DNA from: an uncultured Ignavibacteriales bacterium | GTDB lineage: Bacteria; Zixibacteria; MSB-5A5; GN15; FEB-12 | Direction: 5' to 3' | Assembly (NCBI GenBank): GCA_964612145.1 | Contig: CAZTBP010000006.1 | Coordinates: 47,044 to 111,043, forward strand | Length of the DNA: 64,000 bases | Shown here: positions 10,391 through 19,795 of the stretch, piece after piece | Layout: each line of letters opens with the position of its first letter | How positions within the stretch are numbered: position 1 is the stretch's first letter | Made by a program: the position numbers and the translations under genes | Notes under the pieces: model-generated | Told to the model about the DNA's origin: nothing | Databases searched by the model: none | Seen by the model: only the letters and a program-made list of their open reading frames with translations

Positions 10391-11116
10391 CTACCCCAGC
10401 CCGACCATCCCCTTCAAATAATCAACCTCACCCTGCGACAAATAACGCCACTCGCCCGGCTCTACTCCTTTGGCCGTGATTCCCGCAAACTCGACCCGCA
10501 CGAGCTTCTTCACCGGATGCCCCACCGCCTTGCACAACTGTTTGACTTCCCGCTTGCGCCCCTCCGTCAGGGTCAGCCGGATCCGGGTTGTCCGCCTCGC
10601 ATAATCGAGAATGTTAACCACTGCCTTACCGGTCGCACCGTCCTCCAGCTTGATTCCCCGGGCTATCCTCTCGCTGGCTGTCCGCGCAAACTTCCCCTTT
10701 ACTTCCGCCTCATAGATCTTCGGCACCTCATATTTCGGATGCGCCAGCCGATACGCCAGGTCACCGTCGTTCGTCAGAAGCAGCACGCCCTCCGTATCAA
10801 AATCAAGCCGTCCAACCGGGTAAACCCGGCTCGGCACACCCTTGAGGAACCGTCGGATTGTCCTCCTACGGAACGGATCATGAAGCGTCGTCATCGCTCC
10901 ACTTGGCTTGTTCAGCAGGATATACAGGTCCTCCTCGACCGGGGCGACTATCTGGTTGTCGACCTTGACAACGTCATGCTCCTCATCGATAATCGCGCCC
11001 TGCTCGGTCAACTTCTTTCCGTTGACCTTTACCCGTCCTTCCTCGATCAGCGTTTCGGCGCCGCGCCGCGAGGTCACCCCGCACATCGAAAGGAATTTAT
11101 TTATCCGAATGCCCAT
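10391..11116 (-). CDS. rluB: 23S rRNA pseudouridine synthase (RluB/RsuA family)
   Basis: S4 domain SRRGAETLIEEGRV, VGRLDFDTEG catalytic motif, EGRKREVK; scpA-scpB-rluB synteny. Confidence 0.88.
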   Translation of the reverse strand: MGIRINKFLSMCGVTSRRGAETLIEEGRVKVNGKKLTEQGAIIDEEHDVVKVDNQIVAPVEEDLYILLNKPSGAMTTLHDPFRRRTIRRFLKGVPSRVYPVGRLDFDTEGVLLLTNDGDLAYRLAHPKYEVPKIYEAEVKGKFARTASERIARGIKLEDGATGKAVVNILDYARRTTRIRLTLTEGRKREVKQLCKAVGHPVKKLVRVEFAGITAKGVEPGEWRYLSQGEVDYLKGMVGLG

Positions 11117-11319
11117 AGTATGTTTGGACCTCAGCCATGATACCCTGAATTTCCGTTCCTGCGGAAGCAGGAATCCGGTTCCTTCCCGTTTTCTGCGATT
11201 TCATATCGGGGGCCGCCCGGACTGGCCACCTCCGTGCAGAAAAACCGCTACCCCCTCTATCGGCACCGGGTAACGGTTTGCAGCTGTCGATTTGTATTTT
11301 CTGCGGTCACCCTGCGCGC

Positions 11320-12351
11320 TTACGGCTCCCGCGTCGATTCATCGTCATCAATCTCCGCCTGAAACACCGCCTCACGCTCCTCCGGGGACACCTCTTCACA
11401 GTCGGACTCGTTGTCATCATATGACTCGCTGTCGACGCTTGACTTGTCATCAACGGTCGGCTTACTGTCGGCATTTAACTCGCTGTCGTCGTTCGTCCCG
11501 CTGTCGGCGGTTGGCTCGCCGCCAACGTTAGGCTCGGGGCCGCGTTTCAACTCGATCACTGTCGCTGACGGTTCTTCCGTTTCGGCGTCGTCGTCAGATG
11601 CGTCCTCATCGTCTGAGTCTACTTCATCCCGTGAGCCGTCCTCTTCATCGGATGATTCGTCCTCCTCGTAGGAGTCATCCGAGCCGTCCTCATCGTACGA
11701 GTCGCGCGTGAAGGGATCAAAGGTTCCGTCGGCCACATTCAGCTTCTGCGTCTTTTCGGTATCGAGCACTTTCGGTCCGAAATTCAATTGCTCATCAGAC
11801 TGCGGTTCCGCCGCCCGAATGAGTTCCTCGATTTCCTTCATCTTCGGCAAATCACCTAGTTTGTTCAGCCCGAAGAACTTCAGGAACTCATCGGTGGTGC
11901 CGTACTGGAGCGGCCGGCCGACCGTATTGGCCCGCCCCTTGATCGTCACCATCTCTTTTTCAAGCAGATTGTGAATCACACCGTCGGATGCAACCCCGCG
12001 AATCTGTTCGATATCAGTCTTGGTGACCGGCTGACGGTACGCGATAATCGCCAGCGTCTCCAGCGCCGCACGCGTCAGGCGCATCTTGCGTCGCCGCGTG
12101 AACATCTCGTCGACATAACCGGTGAACTCCGGCAGAATATAAAACTGGAAGCCGCCGGCGATCTCACGGATCCGATACGAGGATCCCGACTCGTAGTACC
12201 GCGTATTCAAATCTGCGACTGCTTTGCCGACCTGCCCCGGCGTGAAATCGTCCATCATCTCAGCCACCTTGCGGGCCGCCAATGGCTCCGGCGAGGCGAG
12301 AATCAAAGCCTCAACTACTGATGTATGTGCGCTGTTTCCGTTGTCGCTCAT
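11320..12351 (-). CDS. scpB: SMC-Scp complex subunit ScpB with long acidic C-terminal tail
   Basis: LTRAALETLAIIAYRQPVT, GRPLQYGTTDEFLKFFGL motifs. Confidence 0.93.
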   Translation of the reverse strand: MSDNGNSAHTSVVEALILASPEPLAARKVAEMMDDFTPGQVGKAVADLNTRYYESGSSYRIREIAGGFQFYILPEFTGYVDEMFTRRRKMRLTRAALETLAIIAYRQPVTKTDIEQIRGVASDGVIHNLLEKEMVTIKGRANTVGRPLQYGTTDEFLKFFGLNKLGDLPKMKEIEELIRAAEPQSDEQLNFGPKVLDTEKTQKLNVADGTFDPFTRDSYDEDGSDDSYEEDESSDEEDGSRDEVDSDDEDASDDDAETEEPSATVIELKRGPEPNVGGEPTADSGTNDDSELNADSKPTVDDKSSVDSESYDDNESDCEEVSPEEREAVFQAEIDDDESTREP

Positions 12352-12354
12352 TGC

Positions 12355-13155
12355 TTATCCCACCGCCTGCTTTTCAGAATTGGTGTAGTCTATCAGGTCG
12401 ATCTCCTGTCGGGGCGCATCAAAGTGCTCCCCGCGATAGATCCGTACCTCCCGAAACGGGACCGACTGGTGGATCGCGATCCGACGGCTCCTGGTCAGCT
12501 CCAGCAGCGCGATAAATGTCACGACCGCAATTATCCGGCGCGGAATATCGGCAAACAGTTCCTGGAACGTGGCGTACTCCCGCTCGGACAGTGCTTTCAT
12601 GACAAACGTGATACGGTCCTCAATCGACACCTCTTCCGCATCCACATCGTGGAAAGTCTCATCCCGCCGCGCCTCGAGCACTTCCTTAAACGCCGTGATC
12701 AAATCAAAAAGGCTCGTGCCCGGCGCCAGATCGACCTTGGTCTTGATCTCGCCGACCGGAAGTTCCGGCACATAGTTCCGTTCCTCCAGCAGTGCTTTTT
12801 CGCGAAGGATCTCGCTCGCCTCACGGTACTTTTTGTATTCGATCAGCGCCATTATCAACTCTTCGCGTGGATCGGCCTCATCCGGATCCGATTCGTCGCG
12901 CGGCAGCAGAAGGCGCGCCTTGATATGAATCAGTGTCGCCGCCATCAGCACGAACTCCCCGGCCACCTCCAGGTTGAGGTCCTGCATCAGTTCGAGGTAC
13001 TTCAGGTACTCGCCGGTAATCTTGGCGATCGGTATGTCATATATGTCGACCTCTTCCTTCCTGATCAAATACAGCAACAGATCAAGCGGCCCGTTGAACA
13101 CGGGAAGGTCAACCCGGTAATTCGGTTCTACTTGCTGTGATGTTGTCACATCCAT
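12355..13155 (-). CDS. scpA: Segregation/condensation protein ScpA (kleisin)
   Basis: FNGPLDLLLYLI, EFVLMAATLIHIKARLLLP, TFIALLEL motifs. Confidence 0.95.
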   Translation of the reverse strand: MDVTTSQQVEPNYRVDLPVFNGPLDLLLYLIRKEEVDIYDIPIAKITGEYLKYLELMQDLNLEVAGEFVLMAATLIHIKARLLLPRDESDPDEADPREELIMALIEYKKYREASEILREKALLEERNYVPELPVGEIKTKVDLAPGTSLFDLITAFKEVLEARRDETFHDVDAEEVSIEDRITFVMKALSEREYATFQELFADIPRRIIAVVTFIALLELTRSRRIAIHQSVPFREVRIYRGEHFDAPRQEIDLIDYTNSEKQAVG

Positions 13156-13163
13156 GCGTCAGC

Positions 13164-14279
13164 CTACTTCCGGTATTTCATTTTCATGGCGGAGCGAACC
13201 TTATCCAGGACACTCCCGGCCCGTTCACTCGCCCGCTTCGCGCCGTCGGCCAGCACGTCCCAGACCGTGTCCGGCGCCGCTAACAATTCGTGGCGCTTTT
13301 CGCGGATTGGTTCCAGCGCTCTATTCATATTGGCTGCCAACCGCTTCTTGCAATCGACACAACCCAACTCACCGGTCCGGCACGGCGGGGCAATCTCCTC
13401 TTCGGCATTCTCGGTGTAGATTCTATGGAGCAGGTACACCGGGCACTGTTCCGGACGACCGGGATCGCCACGCCGCACTTTTTTCGGATCGGTGTAGAAA
13501 GTTCGTATACGCTGCTGCGTTTCCTCAGCCGTCATCCCCATGGGGATATGGTTATCGTATGATTTGGACATCTTGCGGTTGTCGGCTCCAAGGATCAGCG
13601 GGATCTCGCGGAACAACCCCTCCGGCTCAACGAGCGTCTCACCGTAGTAGTGATTGAACCGTTTCGCCAGGTCGTTGGCCAGCCAGATATGCTTGGCCTG
13701 ATCCTTGCCGACCGGCACCTTGTGCGCGTTGTACACACAGATATCGGCCGCCTGCAGAACGGGGTAGCCTAAGAAACCGTACGAGTCCAGCGTGTCTTTT
13801 TTCTCCTGGTAGGTCGGCAGACGGGTCAGTGTCGGCACCGCAACCATCATCGAAAAAATCAAGTGAAGCTCGGCGTGTTCTTTCACCTCCGACTGCACAA
13901 AGATGGCGCACTTCTGCGGGTCCAGCCCGGCAGCTAAAAAATCTACCGCGACCTCAAACACCCGCTCTTTAAGCACACTGGGATCTTCCCAGACCGCCGT
14001 CAGCGCGTGCCAGTCGACAATACAGCAGTACATCCGGTACTTGTCCTGGAGCTCGACCCAGTTGCGAAGCGCCCCCTCCAGATTCCCGATATGAAGCGCG
14101 CCGGTCGGCTGCATCCCGGACAGAATCACCTGCTGTCCGTCGCCGTCGTCGGTCTTCTGCGTTTTGGGCTGGGTTTCCAGGGCCGCGTCGTCGTCGAGCA
14201 CGTCCTGTACCGTGGTGCCAGTCCTTGTCTTGGCTGGCATATCGATATCGGTTCTTTCAGTCACAGTGCGTTTATCCAT
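13164..14279 (-). CDS. trpS: Tryptophan--tRNA ligase
   Basis: SGMQPTGALHIGN, YPVLQAADI, VPVGKDQ, KMSKS. Confidence 0.96.
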   Translation of the reverse strand: MDKRTVTERTDIDMPAKTRTGTTVQDVLDDDAALETQPKTQKTDDGDGQQVILSGMQPTGALHIGNLEGALRNWVELQDKYRMYCCIVDWHALTAVWEDPSVLKERVFEVAVDFLAAGLDPQKCAIFVQSEVKEHAELHLIFSMMVAVPTLTRLPTYQEKKDTLDSYGFLGYPVLQAADICVYNAHKVPVGKDQAKHIWLANDLAKRFNHYYGETLVEPEGLFREIPLILGADNRKMSKSYDNHIPMGMTAEETQQRIRTFYTDPKKVRRGDPGRPEQCPVYLLHRIYTENAEEEIAPPCRTGELGCVDCKKRLAANMNRALEPIREKRHELLAAPDTVWDVLADGAKRASERAGSVLDKVRSAMKMKYRK

Positions 14280-14481
14280 CGTGTTTTATACCAGAATATG
14301 AGGGTAGGTATCATGAAATACGAAATCAATTAAAACTTTTGAGCAATTTTGTTCGGGGTATAACGGCTTTAGCCGCAATACCTTGCGACTACACCGGATG
14401 TAAACCGACAAGTTCAACCCCAACCGGCTCCCGGCCCCGCGGCACCGGCAATCTGCTCCCAATTGACTGCCTTACAGAGTC

Positions 14482-14898
14482 TTACGTGTCCAGATCCCGT
14501 TCCTCCGCCTGCACCGCATAGGCTATCTTTACATCCTCCCCCAATATATGATCGACCAGCCAGTTATGCAAAAATTCCAGCAGCTTCGAGGCCGTGATAT
14601 CTTTCCCTTCCTTCAAATCCTTGAGAATACCGGTCAGCTGCGCAACAAATTCACGGTGTTGCTTACGGTGATTGTCGAAATCCGGATAGCCGACCATCAC
14701 CATCACCTTCTCTTCCTCGCGGAAATGCGTGACCGAATAGTCCACCAGTTGCTTCAACGCCTGCCCCACCATCGGGTTGTGCTGACCGTCCTTGATCGAA
14801 TTGTCGAGCTTCCCCAGCAGAATAAACAGGTTCTTGTGCTGCCGGTCGATATCTTCCACACCGATCCGGTAACTGTCTTTCCATTCAAGCGATGCCAA
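14482..14898 (-). CDS. Bacteriohemerythrin
   Basis: W..SYRIGVEDIDRQH, HFREEE, HRKQH, WLVDHI..ED iron-ligand pattern. Confidence 0.92.
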   Translation of the reverse strand: MASLEWKDSYRIGVEDIDRQHKNLFILLGKLDNSIKDGQHNPMVGQALKQLVDYSVTHFREEEKVMVMVGYPDFDNHRKQHREFVAQLTGILKDLKEGKDITASKLLEFLHNWLVDHILGEDVKIAYAVQAEERDLDT

Positions 14899-15058
14899 AT
14901 CAGCCCCTTTTCACTGAATTGTCGTGTCTTTCGGCATTGATTGTATCCGGTCTCAAAATACCGGCAAAGCCGCACCGGGCAACAAAAAACAGCCTGCCGG
15001 ATCGGATTTTACCCGATCTCAAACGGCTGCTCTTCTCGTCTGATGACTTCTTTTCCGG

Positions 15059-15778
15059 CTAGGAACGGTTCGTCGCCTGCGGGGTCGGCGTCGGTGTCGG
15101 ACTGGGCTGCGGCGGCCGATGCGTAAAAGCTGCCCCCTGCCGACGTTGAATGTCGCTGACGATTTTGATCACGAACACACCGGCGACAAACTCAACCGCC
15201 AGCGCCCCGATATCCAGCCATCCCGTGGTAATCATCGATTCCGCCGTGTCACCGGATATCCGCCAGGCCAACTGCGAGAGCGTCCCGGACACAATCCACA
15301 GTGTCCACCACGCCCCGATCATCCATCCCGGGATACTCTCGGTACCGACAAAAGCCGCCGCCGAACGGTGACCGCTTTTCTCATGGATCTCTTTCATGAT
15401 CCGGTAGGGATAATACAGGTTGAAAATCGGCACGAACCAGTACCCGGCCGCTTTACCCGGAGTATGCTCCAGATCCGGGACGTTGTTCACCTCCAGCACC
15501 CGGTAAGCCCGGTGCATCCACATGCAGAAGAACACGGCCGAGACAATCAGCGCCGGCACTGCCATCAGGCCGAGCAGCCCGAGCAGGACATCGTTGCCCG
15601 ACAGCTCACGGGCCATCGGGTCGGCCCCGGTGATGGCGGCTTCGTTTAGAGCCGAGATATCCACCAGGATACTGGGGATCATCAGGATGTTGATCACCAT
15701 GACGCTGGCGACACCGATTATGGCCAGTGTGCTACGGGATTTGGCTGAAAGCGGTTCGAATTGGCCGTACTGTTCTAT
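15059..15778 (-). CDS. DUF4328-like membrane protein
   Basis: WMHRAY, PGKAAGYWFVPIFNLYYPY, IGAWW motifs. The frame is open upstream of ATG 15700 to an ATA at 15778 preceded by GGAGGT; start uncertain. Confidence 0.7.
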   Translation of the reverse strand: MEQYGQFEPLSAKSRSTLAIIGVASVMVINILMIPSILVDISALNEAAITGADPMARELSGNDVLLGLLGLMAVPALIVSAVFFCMWMHRAYRVLEVNNVPDLEHTPGKAAGYWFVPIFNLYYPYRIMKEIHEKSGHRSAAAFVGTESIPGWMIGAWWTLWIVSGTLSQLAWRISGDTAESMITTGWLDIGALAVEFVAGVFVIKIVSDIQRRQGAAFTHRPPQPSPTPTPTPQATNRS

Positions 15779-15916
15779 TGTCCCAGACCTCCGATAAACA
15801 GACTATTTGTCCAGTTTTCGGCGGCTGGAATGGGCATCTTGAGAGTATTGTGGCCGGATATACCTGCCCACACCATCCCCACCGGGATTGTTCGACTATT
15901 GCGCAAACGGCGGCCC

Positions 15917-17005
15917 CTACTTAGTCGGTGCGACCTCGTCACGCTCAAACACAACCTCTCCCGCCACCGGCAGCACCAGCCGAATCCGGTAACCGGTCTG
16001 CGAACCGTGCCACGACGGCTCGTACCGATCCGTGCCGCCGCCCGGGCTGGCATGACTGGCAAATAACAGCTTCCCCTCCTCGCCAAACCAGCCTAGCAGC
16101 TCGCACAAAATCTGCTTACCGGAATCCCGACCGTCGTCCAGCGGCAGTGGTGTAATCCGAACCGAGACGCCCTTACGCGGGAACCGCACATCCGGCACCA
16201 GCTCAAACGGCAGCTCCAGCGTATCACCCGCCTTGACCGGCCCCGTTATCCGATCCGGATACTTGATCACATCCAGACCGACCGTGTATGCCTCCAGCCT
16301 GGCCCCGTTCGGCCACTCATTCAGCGCCGTGACAAAAAAGGTCCAGCCGGAGGTATCTCCGATCTCAGGAATCGGGGTGACGACACCATACCACTCCTCC
16401 CAGGGATCCGCATTGGCCGGAAAGACCGTGATCGTGTCACCCTCGAAATACGTCGCGAAAATCGTCGTGCACTTTTCCGTCGCCTCAGGATTCGGAACAT
16501 TGAGATACTGCACCTCACCATGCTCATCCATGCACAGGGTAAACCTCGGCCCGACATAATTGGCCGCCGTGCTCAGTTCATCGATCCGAAGGGTCGTCGT
16601 AAACACGCCCGAGGCATTGGGCACGAAAGTGAACTCACCGGTAAAGGAGTCGCCCTCGTTGATCGGCCCGTCCCACACAAACGTACTGTCGCCGAAAACA
16701 TCAATCTTGCCCCGCACCCTGATCACCGACAGGTTCAACTCGCTCATTGTCGTCTCGCCCGTATACTCCATCTGAAATTTAACCGTCACCGGGAGCATCG
16801 CCTGCGGCAACTGCTCAAACGTGAACAGCGTTGTGAAATTCGTTTGCTCATACTCAATCGTCGTGCTGACTGCCGGGGACACTTCTTGTGTATCCGTTGA
16901 CTCAGCGGTCTCGTCGCTGGCGCAGCCGGACGTGAAACTCAGCAACATGATAACAATAAAAGACACGACTAATCTGAGACTGGCAGAACGGTGAACGTAT
17001 GACAT
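15917..17005 (-). CDS. Hypothetical lipoprotein with duplicated beta-sandwich-like domain
   Basis: Lipobox FTSG-C after hydrophobic stretch; two similar segments (WDGPINEGDSFTGEFTFVP / ITGPVKAGDTLELPFELVP). Confidence 0.6.
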   Translation of the reverse strand: MSYVHRSASLRLVVSFIVIMLLSFTSGCASDETAESTDTQEVSPAVSTTIEYEQTNFTTLFTFEQLPQAMLPVTVKFQMEYTGETTMSELNLSVIRVRGKIDVFGDSTFVWDGPINEGDSFTGEFTFVPNASGVFTTTLRIDELSTAANYVGPRFTLCMDEHGEVQYLNVPNPEATEKCTTIFATYFEGDTITVFPANADPWEEWYGVVTPIPEIGDTSGWTFFVTALNEWPNGARLEAYTVGLDVIKYPDRITGPVKAGDTLELPFELVPDVRFPRKGVSVRITPLPLDDGRDSGKQILCELLGWFGEEGKLLFASHASPGGGTDRYEPSWHGSQTGYRIRLVLPVAGEVVFERDEVAPTK

Positions 17006-17034
17006 GGTTTTGAGTTTCCCCGATAGGTTAGGCG

Positions 17035-17580
17035 TTAGGTCGTGTAGGAGGTCCCGTTGTTGAAGTCCAGAAACAGGTACGGACGCCACTGGTCGGCGAC
17101 ACCGTAATTGCGCTGGATGAAGGTGATATACGACGGCCGGCTCGGCCTGCGAAGAAGATGCATATCGGCCTGCTCCGGCGTGCGATTGCCTTTCTTGTTG
17201 TTACAGCGGGCGCAGGCGCAGACCAGGTTGTGCCAGGTGTCCTTCCCGCCGTGCGTGCGCGGGATCACGTGGTCGACCGTCATCGGCCCCTTGTTGGTCC
17301 CGCAGTACTGGCACCGGCCGTTATCCCGCATAATGATATTCTTCCGGGTCAGCATGATTCGTTTATACGGTACTTTTTTATATTGCCACAGGCGCACCAC
17401 ACTCGGCAACGAATAGGCCGTGGCCACGGTCCGCAGTTTGAGCCCATCGGCAGGTTCGATCAGCTCGGCCTTGCCCTCGATCACCAAAACGATCGCACGC
17501 TTGGCGGAGCAGACACTCAATGGCTCATAGTTCTGGTTCAGCAGAAGAACCCGCCGGTTGATAAGCGCCGTTGTCTGCAT
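17035..17580 (-). CDS. HNH endonuclease (McrA/HNH_5-like)
   Basis: VLLLNQNYEPL N-terminus, RDNGRCQYCG, TVDHVIPR, NLVCACARCNNKKG. Confidence 0.92.
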   Translation of the reverse strand: MQTTALINRRVLLLNQNYEPLSVCSAKRAIVLVIEGKAELIEPADGLKLRTVATAYSLPSVVRLWQYKKVPYKRIMLTRKNIIMRDNGRCQYCGTNKGPMTVDHVIPRTHGGKDTWHNLVCACARCNNKKGNRTPEQADMHLLRRPSRPSYITFIQRNYGVADQWRPYLFLDFNNGTSYTT

Positions 17581-17708
17581 GCCATTTCCTTCAACAACCG
17601 GATAGTCCCTTGGGGTTCAACGATCCGGGGGCGTTATCGGTCCCTCCCCGGGATTGTCGTGCCCCCGGCCGCCCCCGCGGGTACATATCAGGCATGACAT
17701 TAACCGGA

Positions 17709-17736
17709 AATGTACACGCCTGTGGATGATAGTCAA
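17709..17736 (-). promoter_or_regulatory. sigma70-like promoter for HNH gene
   Basis: TTGACT-N16-TACATT on minus strand, about 130 nt upstream of ATG 17580. Confidence 0.45.
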
Positions 17737-18030
17737 CATCTTTTTGCGCGTTCACTGCCCGATAACGAGTTCCTGACGGTGACCGGGGACACCGATGCGT
17801 TGGTGATCGGCACAGGAGCGGTTGTTAGCAGCCTGATGCAGCTCCCATCCGGCACCCTCTTCATGGACAATTCGACCTCTCCCGACGGACACCTGATCTC
17901 CATGGTCGTCGCCCTGAATCAGGGCGACCGCCAAACCGCCCGCCGTCACTTCAACGCCTACCTGAAATCGGGCCACGGCCGCTCCGACTACGACAACATC
18001 CGCGAGTACTACAGCTTCCTCAACCACTGA
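17710..18030 (+). pseudogene. Possible 3' remnant of a TPR-like gene, or small protein
   Basis: Host-like codon usage from ~17760, helical C-terminus ALNQGDRQTARRHFNAYLKS, followed by a terminator; the putative start lacks an RBS and overlaps the divergent promoter. Confidence 0.35.
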
Positions 18031-18060
18031 AAAAGCCGCGCCAAAACGGCGCGGCTTCTC
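18031..18060. terminator. Hairpin terminator between convergent genes
   Basis: AAGCCGCGCC-AAAAC-GGCGCGGCTT, A tract on left. Confidence 0.65.
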
Positions 18061-18079
18061 TCTCCCTCTAACGCCAAGC

Positions 18080-19456
18080 TCAACTCTCCGGCATCGCCTC
18101 TTCGATATCGTACTTCTTGATCTTGTCAAAAAGCGTCGTGTAATCAATCTGGAGGATCTTCGCTGCCTTGCGCTTGTTGCCCCTGGTCTCTTTGAGCACG
18201 CGGATAATCACGCCCCGTTCGGCCTGGGCCTGGGCGTGCGCCCCGATTTCCTTGAGACCCGCGCCGTCGCGCAGACGGACCTCGTCGGTCCGCCGCAGAC
18301 GGATCGCCAGGTGATCCGGCCCGATCTTTTTCCCCTCAGCCAGGATCACCGCCCGTTCGATCGTATTCTCCAGTTCACGGACATTCCCGGGCCAGTGGTA
18401 TTTTTCCAGAAGCGCCGCGGCCGGTTTGGTCAGCGACTTCCGCGGCTTGCGCATCTCCCGGCAGTACTTGTCGATAAAGAACTCGGCCAGGAGGATCATA
18501 TCCGCGCCCCGCTCTCGAAGCGGCGGGATTGTCAGCGGAAACACCGACAACCGGTAGTACAGATCCTCACGAAATTGCTTGGACCTGATCTGTTCGGTAA
18601 GATCCATATTGCTCGCCGCGATCACCCGCACATCGACTTCGATCGGCTTGGTGCCGCCGAGCCGCTCGAAATTCTTCTGTTGCAGCACCCGAAGCAGCTT
18701 CGCCTGGAGCGCAATGTCCATGTCGCCGATCTCATCGAGGAATATCGTCCCGGTGTTGGCAATCTCGAACTTTCCCATCTTGCGCGCATGCGCCCCGGTA
18801 AACGCACCCTTTTCCGAGCCGAACAATTCGTTCTCCAGCAGCTCGCGCGGGATAGCGGCGCAGTTGATCGTGATATAAGGACCGTCCTTGCGCGGTGACA
18901 AGCCGTGGATAGCCCGGGCAAACAGTTCCTTGCCGGTGCCCGATTCCCCCTGAAGCAGCACCGAGGCGTCCGACCCGGCCACCTTCTGGACCAGCCCGCA
19001 GATCTCGGCCATTTTTTGGTGCTTCCCGATTATATTCGAAAACTCTTTCCCGTGCATTGCTTCCTGCCGAAGCAGCGTGTTCTCGGCCAGCATCCGACGG
19101 TTCTCCAGCGCCCGCTGGATCAACACGCAAAGATGCTCGGTATCAAACGGCTTGGTGAGAAAATCATACGCCCCGGCTTTCATCGCCGCGACCGCGTCCT
19201 CGATCGTCCCGAACGCCGTCATCACGATCACCGCGGTTTCGGTATCGACTTCCTTGACCTGCGTGAGCACCTCGAGGCCGTCGATATCGGGCATTTTCAA
19301 ATCGGTCAGGACGAGGTCGTAGGACTTGTTGCGCACCAGTTCCAGCGCACTCCTGCCGTCCATCGCAGCATCAACCCGGTGCCCCTCCTCGGCCAGCGTT
19401 TCGGTCAGCATGTTGCGCATCGAGTCCTTGTCATCGACTACCAGTATATTCGGCAT
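18080..19456 (-). CDS. sigma54-dependent response regulator (NtrC family: REC-AAA+-HTH)
   Basis: REC (ILVVDD, DLKMP), GESGTGKE, GAFTGA, FLDEIG, WPGNVRELEN, Fis-type HTH; start refined to ATG 19456. Confidence 0.95.
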   Translation of the reverse strand: MPNILVVDDKDSMRNMLTETLAEEGHRVDAAMDGRSALELVRNKSYDLVLTDLKMPDIDGLEVLTQVKEVDTETAVIVMTAFGTIEDAVAAMKAGAYDFLTKPFDTEHLCVLIQRALENRRMLAENTLLRQEAMHGKEFSNIIGKHQKMAEICGLVQKVAGSDASVLLQGESGTGKELFARAIHGLSPRKDGPYITINCAAIPRELLENELFGSEKGAFTGAHARKMGKFEIANTGTIFLDEIGDMDIALQAKLLRVLQQKNFERLGGTKPIEVDVRVIAASNMDLTEQIRSKQFREDLYYRLSVFPLTIPPLRERGADMILLAEFFIDKYCREMRKPRKSLTKPAAALLEKYHWPGNVRELENTIERAVILAEGKKIGPDHLAIRLRRTDEVRLRDGAGLKEIGAHAQAQAERGVIIRVLKETRGNKRKAAKILQIDYTTLFDKIKKYDIEEAMPES

Positions 19457-19795
19457 CGTAACTCCCTTAGAGGCGTGTTTAACTTCCTGAGACCTTCTCT
19501 GTCCGACCGGCGGATTTATCCGGTGGGTATAGCACATATATCGGAATTTTCCTACAGGAATTCAGCGGCAAGGCCGCTTTGCGCTGCGCAAAAAATGGCA
19601 CTGTGCAAAGGGATAGCAGGTTTTCGGGAAGGTTGTTTCAGGGTGAAACGGTTCTTCTATACCATTCAGCGGTTCCGCCGACCACCTTTCCGCCGTAGGG
19701 CGGAACCCTTTAGCGATTCCGCCGGGCTGCACTGAAAGAGAAAGGCAGAGCTACCGAAAGCCCCGCCTTTCGAGTCTTTTCCGAGATGCTTTAGA

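Noticed and set aside
14280-14481. T-box upstream of trpS
   Set aside because: No AGGGTGGNACCGCG T-box sequence found.
17590-17700. 6S RNA, SAM-I or SRP identity for the HNH leader hairpin
   Set aside because: Too short for 6S, no central bubble with closing terminal stem, and the SAM-I and SRP conserved motifs are absent.
19585-19607. TGCGCA-N11-TGTGCA palindrome as the enhancer linking the NtrC regulator to the PEP-CTERM promoters
   Set aside because: Only a half-site look-alike at 47457-47462 and nothing convincing near 50820; insufficient support.
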